A stretch of DNA of 64,000 nt, from assembly GCA_030141605.1 (NCBI GenBank), contig JAQGDQ010000001.1, forward strand, positions 2,666,001-2,730,000, in the 5' to 3' direction. This document shows positions 11,622 to 24,401 of the stretch, in pieces. This stretch comes from Tubiluchus corallicola (Eukaryota; Animalia; Priapulida). The translations under genes and the position numbers were made by a program. The notes beneath the pieces were generated by a model. The model made no database searches, was not told the DNA's origin, and saw only the letters and a list, made by a program, of their open reading frames with translations. Positions within the stretch are counted from its first letter, which is position 1. Each line of letters begins with the position of its first letter.

Positions 11622-14600
11622 ATGTCAACCAACGGAGTTACAAAGTTTAAAGTTTCTGTAGCTGTCAGTGATGATGAAAGAGTCTGTGTGGTTGGCAACT
11701 TAAAAGAACTGGGACAGTGGTTGCCACACAAAGCAGTAAAGCTTCAAAGAGAGAGTAATGATAGGTATTTTTATTTTTAAAGTGTTTAAAAAATGGTAGC
11801 ATTTTGTATGTTATATGTAACATAAGAGGTTGTCTATGATTTTATTCAAATCTATACTATTTTTGTAGCTTGCTAAAAATACCTTTTGATTTATTTCGAA
11901 AATATTGTGCAAACTTATGGACCCAAAGTGATTCATGTCTAAAAGCTGAATTCAGTTATCTGTGTTTAAAAATTATTCTGGTTCCTGATCTTCAGTGTCT
12001 TGTTTTATTGACTAGGCTAGTAATGTGATTCATGATTTTATCGTCCATAGTTATTCAGTATTATTTGTTTAGACATTAAAATATTCCTTTAGTTGATCTG
12101 TATGCTACAGGCAACATGCAAAATTTACAATTTGCATATTTTATAAGATTCCTAGGCATTTCATATAACATTTATGCTTTTCGAGAAAAGTGTGAAATAA
12201 TATTTTTGTTACGTTATTTTCACACTTTATTTAGATGCTTTGCATAATAATTACGATAATTATAGAAAGTGTTACCTGACTTTGGAAAAGTGTAAAATGG
12301 ACATAATTTGTATTTCAGGTTAATTTTTCCTAGATATTTTATACATTCCATAGAATGATGAAGCGACTTAGTCAGTGTATTAAATTAAGCAAGGAGTTCA
12401 TGTAAGTCAATGAAATAATTGTTTATTGGCAGTGGATCCAACATCATCATATCTGGCAAGCCACTTAACTGGGTGGACCACTTTCGGTATCTAGGAAACC
12501 TGCTCTTCAACAAATTCACTGCTGAATAAGCTGTGGAGCATTGAATTAGGGAACTTGGAAAATGAGTTTTTAAGAGCAATGGTCTAAACACAAAAGTGAA
12601 ACTCGTGGTATATCAAGCTTTCGTCATCTTCATTTTGTTTCATCTTGTTTCATTTTGAAACTTGGACTCTCTGTTATCGTAACATCGAAAAGTTCAAGTT
12701 TTTCCATTAGCAGCAGCTTCATTCCATCCTGAACTTTAAATGGAACTAATCACATGTATTCCCATCATCAAAAGAGCAAACAGCCAGCTGGAGTATTGTG
12801 CCTACCACCATAAAATACTATCACTCACTGTCTTCCTCTGACAGGACATGTCTCCAAAACGCAGGAGAGCAGGTTCCTCGTTGCATTCTCTTCAGTGTTC
12901 GATTTTCAAATGGCAAAACAAGTAGTAATCATAGTCAAGCCATTCAAAAACCAGCGGGGCAATTCCACAATTAGAGAGACATGACCCTATAATTTCAGTT
13001 TGTTTTTTCTCCATAATTTTTGTGTTTGACTTAGTAAAAGACACATTGAAGTTTCAGTGAAAAGCGTTTGTCAGCGAGTGTATTTTTGAATAAGTGTACT
13101 TTCATGCTATGTTTCATTGCAAAATCTGTATTATGGTAAAGAAGCTATCTATTCAAAATAAATAATGCATTCCAGTCAGGAGTATCAAATTCATATAGGC
13201 ATTGTAGTGCCTTCGTGGATTTACATTAGCAAAATTGACAGATATGTCTTGAAAATGCCGACATAGTTGCATTTTCCCACCCTCTGCAAGCCATGTAACA
13301 TTACTAACTGAAAAGTGAATTTATTTACCTCTCGAGAATATAAAATGTCCACAAATCACATTTTTTCAAATTTTGCTGCTGTGTGCAATGATTAGTTAAC
13401 ATGAAGTTATGAAGACAAGTATCGCTAATCGTCATTGAAATTGAAAATATTAGCAATCAAAATGTGCAACGTTACTAACCATGTAACATTACTAACCAAG
13501 CTGTAACGTTACTAACCATGATATGAGTGAGTTTTTCTTATATACTGGTTGAAAAATACCAAATATCGAAAAATAACACACTGCTACTACATCCCTATCA
13601 AATAAATCTCTATCAAAGAGCAATGAGAAGCTGAACCTTGATGTCATCGTCAGTAATTCAGGCATTGGTGAATGATGAGGTTGTAGCCTATGTCCTGAGC
13701 ACAGACAATCAAGAAGAGACTAGCAAGGGAGATGAAGCAACCCAGAGCAGCAGTGAGACCATTGAAGTGGGAGACTGATACATTGTTGATTATGATGGAA
13801 AGCAATTTCCAGAAGTTCTTGATGTATGAGATGGAGAGTTCTAGGTCTCTGTAATGGTGCCAGTAGGGAAGTACTGGAAGTGGCCTTTAGTAAAGGATGC
13901 TATTTTCTACATGAGACATCAGATGATTGGCTCTTTGGATACCCCAGACGTAGTGAACAATCGCAGGCTTTTCAAATTTTCTTCTTTATGAAACTGTGGT
14001 TAAGAATCAATTTTGTTAATTAATAATAATTAACAAGCATTTCCCCCTTTTTTAAATATAACTGCATAAGTTCGTGTCTTTTCTAATGTTTCTTCTTATT
14101 TACATTGTCTCTTGACAAAACTTTTAATGATTTAACACAATTGTGTAAGTCCTGGTTATCACTGGACAAATTGTGACGTTATTAACCGTAACATTACTGA
14201 CCATTATTTTCGTCTCTAATTTTCAGACAAAGTTATAATGAGTAAAGATATTTGGCTTGAATATTGCTTAAAGCTAGAAGTGACTAAAGTATGTGTTAAT
14301 ATCTTTGAAACATACTACATTTTAGGAAAATTTTCATTCAAAGGTACTTATTAATTTCTTGTCCTTTTTTGTAATATTACTAACTAACATTAAAACATTA
14401 CTTTCTTCTTTATTATTACATGAAATGTTTTCCATCTTTTCTGTATTCTAGATCTAGACTAGATTGATGTACTGTAACATGCGTGAGACTTAATATCAAG
14501 CGATAAGGAAATGGCTCTTATTTAAAACATCAGAACATCCCTGAAATGTAATGTTACTAATCTTGGAATTGGCCAGCAGCATTGCAGCTTGTACTGAATC

Positions 14601-17600
14601 ATCCACAGTGGAATACAACATTATGAAACCAAAAGAATGAGAGAATAAGAACTGTGAAAAAAAGCACGATCAGGATTCGACAAGCTGCACCCCCACTACA
14701 TCTCGAATGCTATCTGTTTGAGTATCACTGCATGTTAATGCAAAATTTGATTTCCTGAGCCACTACCACAATAGAGGAATGGATGTGCAGATATTTGGAC
14801 ACATGATATTTCACTACTTAACTGTTCTGAACTTTAATTTTTGGACACAAAAAAGCCGATGAGCAAATTTATTTACCACATAAATTTCCAAGCACATTGA
14901 ATATGACTTATTTCACACACTCCCAAAAATATAATTGGCATTATATAAAAAGGCTAGGAAATTCATATCAAAACAATTGATCGTTTGCTTTATTTTTACA
15001 TTAACTAAAATCTGTTCAACATTTTATAAAACATATATAGTGTAGGAAAAGTATATCCGAAGTCTAAGAATTACACACTTTGCCTAAGTAAACAAACTTT
15101 TACAAATTATGTATAATGTGTAGAAGAAAATATTTTAGACACTTTACCTGATTTGTTTTGGCACTCCATAGCATTTTACATTTACATTTCACCCTTGCCT
15201 GTAACATACGTATTGCATTAAATTTCAACTGTTTTTTTAATTTTTTCGTCATATCTTATGTTTGCTAGTTAAACCTGGCTTTTGGAGTTTCTATTATTTT
15301 AATGAATTGTTGAAAAAAATCTGTGAGAAATGATTCAGAATTTTTAAAAGTTGTTTTCAAAATATTGTCAGTGACATTTGGAATGGAGAAATTCTATTAC
15401 CAGAGGATGTTCCTGTTGAGTATCGATACATGGTGGCTGTGTTTCTGACTGTGGGTGAAGAAGAAAAAGTCATTGTACGTCGATGGGAGACATTCATTAA
15501 ACCGCGTACTATAGCTTCTTCAACAAACTGCCCTAATGAAACCACATTCTTTGGAGTCCATGGTAAATCTTTACTTTCCTTATTATTATCTTTTCCTTAG
15601 ATTTTATTGTTATGAAAATAATTCTCGATACATATTTAAGAGTACAGCAGAGTCCGATTTTCTTTATTGTTAAGATTTATTAAACATTTTGGGTTACTAT
15701 TTTTTTATTGTTTTTACTGTTTTTGCAATTAGTTCTGAAGAAACATCTACCATAATTATGTAAAACATATTTCCATAGATTTATTAACTTTTAATTTGAT
15801 AGTTTTATGCTTTTTGAAAAATCTATGTAATGTGTCAAGTTGTCAGGAGTTTACATTTCAAGATTGTCGCATATATGCAGAGTACAATCAATTAACAGGT
15901 CACCTAGCTAACTGTTCCATAAATTTGTCGTGCTGTGATTCGCATTTCTTGTCACTCTATATTCAACCACATGTTGTGACTTTTACCTTTAGATGATCTC
16001 AATAAAGTTGATGGTGGCTGGCTGATTGGTATGAATGAAGTTCGTCTTAGCCTCCATGATAAACCAATACACATGTGGAAGCAACAGCACCAGAAACTGC
16101 AATACAGAATCAGAGTCACCATCATTGACCTGCGGTACGAAGATGTATGTATTAATTATGCCACCAGTTCTGTACATAACATTCAGCCGGCATTTTAAAT
16201 TTAGTTTATTTAGCAGTTAAAGTGAGCAGTGGGCTTTGTTTGTATACTATCGCTTGCCAGTCAGTGTATTACATCTGTCTGATTCTTGATGTTTGGGCTT
16301 ACTCTTTATCGGATCAGGACTGTAACTCAAAGAGAAATTCGCAATCAGTAGAAGTAATCGGTTAATAAAATCCTAGTCTAATTTTAACGTATTCTCAGAA
16401 CTTTTTGCAGTCTGTGATGTGATACTGTTTGTGTTCATTTAAATACTTTTGACTTATTTTGCAGTAAATGTGCTTCTGCACTACCTGTATTAATCTGAAT
16501 AATCTCATTACCAAATTTCATTTTCTCTATTGAAGAAAATCTTAAGTAAAACAAATGATTTTAAAATGTTTATTGTACACTAATTTACTGCTGTTTGCCA
16601 TCGGGACTATACTGTATAGAAAAAAGTTTTCATGTGACACGTGTATTACACGCCGTGTAATTAAATCTCAGATTTGGAAGTAAACATATATATATATATA
16701 TATATGGTAATGGTTTCTAAACTAATGATAGTATATGAATTTGTTTATCAGATTACTAAAGGTATTTGTTTGTCAAACTCTTAGTTGAATTTTTTCAGCC
16801 AGCAGACTCCTCAGTAAAACCTCACAATAGTGGCAGTGGCAATGATGATGACACTGCACCTCAAGCTTGGAAAGGACCGTGTGCATGTGTAAAATTATGT
16901 GTACGTTCTACTAATTAAAATTATTTTACCTACAGACTTTACAAAATGCTTAATACCAGTATTTAATGCAATATATTAAATTACTTATAGCCTATTTTTT
17001 ACATTATAATTACCTTTTAATAATTATGTGCTGTGTGGCACTCTAGTAAAACACATTTGAAATGCCCTCTATTAGCATTTGTTAGTTTTATTTTATGTAT
17101 TTTATTCAGGTTCTGAACGATGAGGAAGCTTGCAGTTTTCAAGTGCAACAACAATTTGGCTGTGTTTATTGTGAAAACGATATTTTTATTTTTAGGGCAA
17201 ATACATTTCTTCCTGAGAGCTTGGTAAGCAATAATTTTATTTTTCTTGCAGTGATACGAACATTTTTATATAGCCATACATGCTTCTAATGCTGCACTTA
17301 CAACTATCATCTCGCAGTTATGAATTTGCAATAAATTACTATTGTATTTGCAGGGATACATGTTCAATTTTTATGTGCACAACACTTTGAACCCAGAAAA
17401 TGTTCCTGAGCACATAGGGTTTGCTCATATCCTACCTTCTAACCTAAAAGATTTGAAAGGAGAAAAATTTGTGCCAATTACAGGTTTGCAGCACCTTCCA
17501 ATAGGACAGTTGAAAGGTAATGATATTAAGTCCTATATTTATAATCATGTTTTTATATGATTACATATTTATTTATACATTTACAATCATTATGAAAATG

Positions 17601-20050
17601 CATAATAATCTTCTTAATGTAACACTGTATTGCATTTAGTGAATTACCTGGTAATAAAACCTCTTTCTGGTTATGAGTGTACTATGCAGACATCATACAG
17701 ACACCACTGGAAGCGAACTAGACGGCCATTAGATGTTGGACATAGAGGGATGGGCGTCTATTATGGTGCAGGAAAGTAAGATGCTTTTAGTAAAATTAAA
17801 TACTAAATACTATAGCAATTTAGTTGGTACTTGCCAAATTTTCAATTAATTTAAGTCCATATCCCATGTTTTTAACTAAACCATAAGTGTTAATTCAGAA
17901 TTTCGAAGCTTATACTGTATCTTTATAATCTGCTAATTGCCGCTAAGCCATGTTTTTGTCTTAACAGTGTGGAACTCTGACATTTGTTATAACTGACAAA
18001 AACTAGATTTGTGCTTTTAACAGGTTTGGTTATTGTAAGTGTATTCAGTTTTGCAGTATGGCTTTAATGTTGTACTTTTCAGACCTTTTCAGGCTGTGGT
18101 ACTAAACCTGTATTATTTTGCATTTTTGAAGTTTTTATCCATTCTGCTTGTGATTTCAAGAAAAATCACCTTATTTATTGCTGTAGTGACTATTTATTGG
18201 CTATGTGGTTGCAATTCTGAACCTGCAGAATCAGAAAGTACTGATTTGACATGTAGTATAATAAATTAGGTTACTTCCACTTGTGTACACTAAGTTATGA
18301 TGAGAAGCAATCATTACTGGTTCACCTTTAGCTTACAATAACTTCTGTATGATGCTAGAGTAATTCCAAGAGGAGTGAGAAAATTTGTGGCTAAAATTTA
18401 GTCACAATTTGGTCTTATAAAATACTTTATACTCGTTAAATTTAGTCAGAGACTTGGCAAGGAAAAAAATTGCAGATAGATCAGTGCAAAGTGATTTAGT
18501 CATATTACTTACTAAACTTCTTATATCAAGAACTTGCACCAGTCTTACTTTAACTATACTGAAAGCTGAACTGTAGTAGCAAAGTACTGACTAGTTGACG
18601 TATACAAATTATCGAGGATTGAAATGCCACTTTAATGCTTGTACAAAGACAGTTTATTATTATCAGTTATTAGAAATGCGAATTTAGAGTTTTTTAGTTG
18701 AGGCTTGTTCAGAATCTGAATTCCTTGTCTTTTGTCTCAGTAATGACAAGCTAGGCACTAATCACCCGTAACTTTGGTGTGTTACGGGTAAAATGTTCTT
18801 CTTTTTCAAACTCATATTTGCTGTAGGTTTAATGCATTCCTATATACAAGTGACCTAGGGGCTAGGGGTGCACTTAAAAACTTTTAAAGCATAAAATCAG
18901 CAACAAAATTGTAACATGCACTTCCAAAAAAAGTGTTTTATTACAAAAACATTGAGTCAAATAGTATAGTAACTCATACTCATACAAGCAATATTAATAT
19001 TCCTGCTGAGGATGGCATACCATATAATGTCGAAATATTCAGGTTCTTTATCTACAATTGCTATGAATCTACAGTGTTTGTTGTTTTACAATGTTATCTA
19101 TTCTGTTTGTTCTAGCTAATGATTCAGTATTGTACAAGTAATTCACTATTTCAGTGTTGCAACATTAAAAGAAAATACCATAGCATCTTTGAATAGAGCA
19201 GGCAGTCATGTAAGTATGTAATATTCATTAGTTTACAATACAAACTATAAAATCTCTTTTTACTAAAATGTTAAGAGCTGCAAGTTATATCAGTAAAGTT
19301 ATAAAGATGCTTTGTAAACATGCATTTTTATGTTTTGAGAGATGTACACTAAATCTTTGAGATGTACACTTGTACTACTCTTTGGTGTAATTTTATTTGT
19401 TTTTTGCATATTCTGTTTATAATAGTTTTTGACAGTGCAAAGTTACAAAGAAGTTTTCATATAACAATGGAGTTTACCTTTAAATTTATTGTTTTGTCAC
19501 ATTTATTTTTTAAAACATTTCAGGGAGCTGACATGGTTGAACTGGATGTTCACCTCTCAAAAGATTTAGTGCCAGTTGTGTACCATGATTATACAGTTAA
19601 CATATCAATGAAGAAAAAGGTTTGCATTGTCATTAGAGTTGCTCAGAGCTGAAAAAAATCAGGGTATAAGAGCAATGTAATCTGCTGCTGTAGATTAAAT
19701 TAGCATTTTCAGTAAGTATACTTGACTGCAATTAATCTTGATTCAGTATTTCATTTAATAGTACAGGTATTATATTAACCCTTTCACTATGGAAAGTGGG
19801 CACATTGCCACGTACATTTTTTGTAAGGGATGGAAGGCGGTAGACTGCTGCCCAAACTTGCAAAAACATTGTGAAAAAACTTAGCAGCCATATGATTGAT
19901 GGAACAAGTATCTCAACCAGCCAATCAGCATCTGAAGCCACAGGTGCAATGATATGGGTTATGGGTTAGTATTATGAATTATGTGAAAATTGGTTTCTAA
20001 ATATAAATATCTGCTTGTGTGCATAGTGTGTGTATGTAGGAGGGTATATG

Positions 20051-20140
<90 letters not shown>

Positions 20141-23100
20141 CATGCGTGTGTGTGTGGTGTGTGTGAATAAATTAAAACTAATATTCAGTATTAGTGTTTA
20201 ATAACGAATGACTATTTGTTTTAGTTTGTCTCATTAACATTTCTGTTTTAGTAAAACCCCATCAGAGTTATAGTCAAATGCGTAAAAGTCAAAGTGGCCC
20301 AGCTAAAAAATATGTAGTGACAGGATTAAGTAGTAAAAGAAAAAAGTATTTGCATGAGCCATGAGTATAAGTGATGAATATAGATCTCTAAACTTTGAAT
20401 TTGAATTCTGAATTTGAAATGCCAGTTAGGGATTGCATTGTGCTTAGCTACTTTTTCAAAGCAACACCATTTGGGCTTTTCCACTAACTTTCATTTTGCT
20501 CTTTAAGTGCACATCAGTGCACAGAATTGTAAGTTTTCCATAGCATTATTAATTAACAAGAATATCTTTTTTGTTATTCAGAATATTGACAAGTACCCAT
20601 CACTAAGCAGTTCTGTCGCTAGTGTAGAAGAATCTTATGAACTGGAAGAACAGTATGAAATACCAGTGAAAGATTTGACTGTTAGCCAACTTCAGCAGTT
20701 AAAAGTATTGTAAATTTTAACATTTATTTAAAAAAAACTGTATGTGTTTAAAGGATTTTTAAAAATAGCATTTGTACCTTTATGTCTCACGAAGTAATTG
20801 CTAATCTGTACCTTTATGTCTCATGGAGTAATTTAGCAAATGTTAGTAATTTGCACAAATATTAGTTTCAAATGACTCCACATATTAAAAAAATGGCTTA
20901 TTTAATTACGATTTTCTAATGGACTAAATCATGTTTATTTTATATAGCTATGTCACAGCTATGACAAACGGGAGTTGCATACTGACTTGATGGATGGCAA
21001 GTATAACCTTATTGTTCGAAATGTCTTACAATGTTTTCACAACATTGTTTAACACTCAACTTTCTGTATACCAATGATTATTACCATCGTATAATATGAT
21101 ATATTATATAATGTATAATATCATGACACTGTAAGCACAGCTTTATTAATGGACAAATCTACTTATTGATTACATTTGGTATTTGGTAACTATAGAAGGT
21201 GTAAGAAAAAAGCAAGAATAGTTGACACATCCATTTTCAAATCTTAGGGTGCTTAAACAATAGTGTGCAATATGTATTATATTTATTTTAATTGAACAAT
21301 TTGTAGAATTGATTACTCTCTTTTTTTCATTAGAGCTATACAACCCTTTTAAATTCTGATGTATGTACTACATTTTTTAAAGCTTTAAAGAGTTAGTGAT
21401 ACATAATGGTCATTTGAACTACTATCTAATCTACCCTATGAATCATTTTGTGAAAGTGAGTGAGTGACCTGTGCGAATGACAGCTTAGCATAATATTGAT
21501 GAAATTCACCTTCCTTAATTTTTGAGAGATGTGCTTCCTCGTTAATTTTTTCCTTATGAGAGTTGCCCAATCAGAGGCCCTCACTTTTTACACTTGACCC
21601 TTCTCTACTCTTTTTATACTACTTTTCTTGGAGAACATCCATTGGGAAAGCCAGGTAGTCTAAACGCTCAAAACTCAGTGGAATGTGTGACATGCAAGAG
21701 TGACTTTGGATCCCTGAAAATCTAAACAGGGTTTTGGTGACTAATAACTAGTGACGTCTATGTTAATGTTTATAATGTTGCAGGTGGTTCACCCAATGGT
21801 AACTCTCTAGCAGTCTCTCCTTTTCCCAATTTTTCTTATGATGTATTGTTTGGTAAATTATATTTGTATTTCAAGTTTCTATTCAACAACCAAGTTAACT
21901 TTAGAATGTAACTTTCTGCCACACGATCCTTGTCTGTTTTTTATATCATTATAATCATCAAAAACCTATGAACAAGGTCTTTAAACCCAATCTTCAGATA
22001 TTTGATTCCAGCCATGATTTGTCTTCTTACATGGCCAAATATAGAAAAGGCAGAGCTTTCTAAGCTTGTCAAACTAAGTAAACCCTCATTAATTTAGTAA
22101 ATTCTAAATGAATTTGCCTTTTCACCCAGTAAAAATGTAGCAGCTGTCTTTGAGTATTTGATGGCTTGTTTAAAAATAAATGATAGTAAAAGTAGAGTTT
22201 TGAAGTATATGGGCAATTTTGTGCAAATTTTCATTGCAGTATTCATTATTTCTACTTTGACGATGCATAAACAAAATACTTCATTACATTATTGGTCATT
22301 TGTGTGTGAATTTAATCTACATCAGATAATGTAATATGCAAAATTCCGCATATTACGTTCTTTTTCTTTTTTCAGTGTTGTGTTATACTGACAAATTTCA
22401 AAATATTTCTGTTTTGTGAGAAAACACTTTTGAAGGGCCTTGTTACAGTATCGTTACTAATACTTTTCTTGACTTTACATCAGTGCAATTTGCATTTACC
22501 TATTTTTAGATTTAGACAGTGGTGTTTCCTTATCTTCTGGAACAGCTTCTGAAAGTGGTAGCTCTCTTAGCAGTGATAATTTAGATGATCATAGAGTTTT
22601 TTCTACATTAGAGGATGTATTGCATAGAGTTAATATACATGTTGGTTTTACCATAGAAGTGAAGTATCCGATGGAGTTAATAGTAAGTCAGATTTGCAAT
22701 GCTTTTACAAGTTAATTGTTGGTTCTTTGCATAATGACAAAGAACATTTTATGCTATACTTAGATCTCATTGAAGCTTTGACAAAACTTTGAATAAGGTG
22801 ATTTTTCTTACTGTTCTATATGTAATACATGTTTTAGTAACTCAAATACTTGTTTTTATATTTATGTACAATACAATTATTTTGCCAACACGAATACTGG
22901 TTAGTGATTTGGCAATAATCATTTCTAGAATAAGACCTCTTTTTTCTAGAATGGAGAGCATGAGCTAGATGTACCATATTTCGAAAAGAACTTATTTGTG
23001 GACAGAATACTGCAAACAGTGCTTGAACATGGAGGAAAGCGTCGTATTGTCTTCTTGACTTTTGAACCTGATATTTCCATTATGTAAGTCCCTTCCTGGC

Positions 23101-24401
23101 TGAAAATTGCTGTAGCATCATATAAGTGCTGTCAGCCAAATTTGATCCTGCCATCTCATTTGAGTGCCACACTCAGTAATTTAACATTGAGTAAAATTGC
23201 CCATTGAAATGCTACATAAAATTTGTCAATGACTAACAGCAGTAGAATTGGTTTTGACAGTACACTTTACTACTGTGTAAACTTGTAATGCATTGCAATA
23301 GCATTAAATATATTTATTGTTAGTAAATTTGCGTTACAACTGCTTTTTTCTGAAGGCATTCTTCTAACTTTTTTGTTTCCATTTTACAGGTTGCAAAACA
23401 AGCAGAACAAATATCCAGTACTGTTTTTAACAATGAGAAAGAATGATACTTACCTTTCGTATGCTGAACCTCGAGCTAGTGACTTTACATTAGCTGTCAA
23501 CTTTGCTGTTGCTGAAAAGCTTTTGGTAAGTGATGGTTGCACAGGGCTGCACATTTATTTCAAGGTTTAGCTTTTGCTTAATTTATTTCATAAGATAATA
23601 GTGCATAAAAAAATAACAGATAATGATATTGAAGCATCTAAGGACTTCTTCCTTTAAACAAATTTTTTTCAAAAAGTAGGTGTTACCGATAGTGCATAGT
23701 AGAAGTTAACAAATTATTGTTAAATGCTTGACAAGTCATTTCACTGGTTTTATTTTGCAAATACTTGACAACATGCGATTATCAAATGAGCATCCGTTTA
23801 TAATCTAGGGAGTGAGCTTTTATGCAGGATGCTACAAAGAAGACACAGAACTGATACAACATGCTCTTAGCAAAAATCTCATATTATTTGGTTGGGGCTT
23901 GAAAGATAACAAGGACATTTCATCCCTCAAGAAGCTTGGTTTGGATGGTGTCATTATAGACAGGTTTGTAGTTTCTTGTACTGCATTATCAGTATTTGCT
24001 AATACAATATTTCGTTTCTGACACTGCTACTTTCTACTATATGTACATGCTATTCAAAAACTGAATTTAGTTGGGTACTTGGTAGTCTTTGGTAGGGCAT
24101 ATAAAGTCAAATTAAATTTTTCTCTAAAGTTTTGTGCTTTATTTCTTCTCTGTATGCACATATTTGCAACTACAATCGAAGGAAACTATATAACTTTAGG
24201 ATTGAAGAACATAAAACTGGAGTAGATCATCAAGCTAACGTCTTCCTGACTGAATATTTTGAAAAGATGCGCAAACAACTACGTGAAGCAGGTCACCTAG
24301 TGAAAACGACATCGCGTCATCGAGAACGTTCTAGTGATGGACAGTGGTATGTGGAAGGCTATCGTAGCGACGATGATAGTGAAGTGGATGATTGTAATTA
24401 A
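11622..24401 (+). CDS. GPCPD1: Glycerophosphocholine phosphodiesterase GPCPD1/GDE5 (N-terminal CBM20 plus GDPD domain), ~707 aa. Exons: 11622-11764, 15372-15562, 15993-16144, 16799-16900, 17110-17223, 17354-17516, 17640-17775, 19155-19209, 19524-19619, 20582-20704, 20948-20996, (optional 21784-21798), 22510-22682, 22950-23083, 23390-23525, 23809-23963, 24200-24401
   Basis: The exons splice in frame with AG/GT boundaries (one probable GC donor). Motifs: [61 protein letters not shown]|[70 protein letters not shown] 5'-UTR acceptor lies at 11463 and AATAAA at ~24931 and ~25247. Confidence 0.93.
12440..12955 (+). mobile_element. 5'-truncated RTE-type non-LTR retrotransposon fragment in GPCPD1 intron 1 (appears to resume at ~14575-14640 after a nested insertion)
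   Basis: Degraded frames give [31 protein letters not shown]...ETWT and GHVSK...R.P..ILF, typical of the RT C-terminus of RTE LINEs. Confidence 0.7.
12956..14574 (+). mobile_element. Non-autonomous DNA transposon (~1.6 kb, possibly Sola2-like) nested in the LINE
   Basis: Imperfect TIRs GGGCAATTCCA..ATTAG / CTAAT..TGGAATTGGCC, flanked by AGC (or CAGC) on both sides. It carries about 8 copies of GTAACATTACTAACC and a transposase C-terminal relic at ~13755-13990 ([16 protein letters not shown]...[22 protein letters not shown]). Confidence 0.65.
20048..20165. repeat. (GT)n microsatellite
   Basis: Direct reading. Confidence 0.95.

Noticed and set aside
20266-20345. Possible extra GPCPD1 exon ([16 protein letters not shown]...)
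   Set aside because: The acceptor and in-phase donor are weak, and exons 19524-19619 and 20582-20704 already join in frame; cannot be supported without RNA data.
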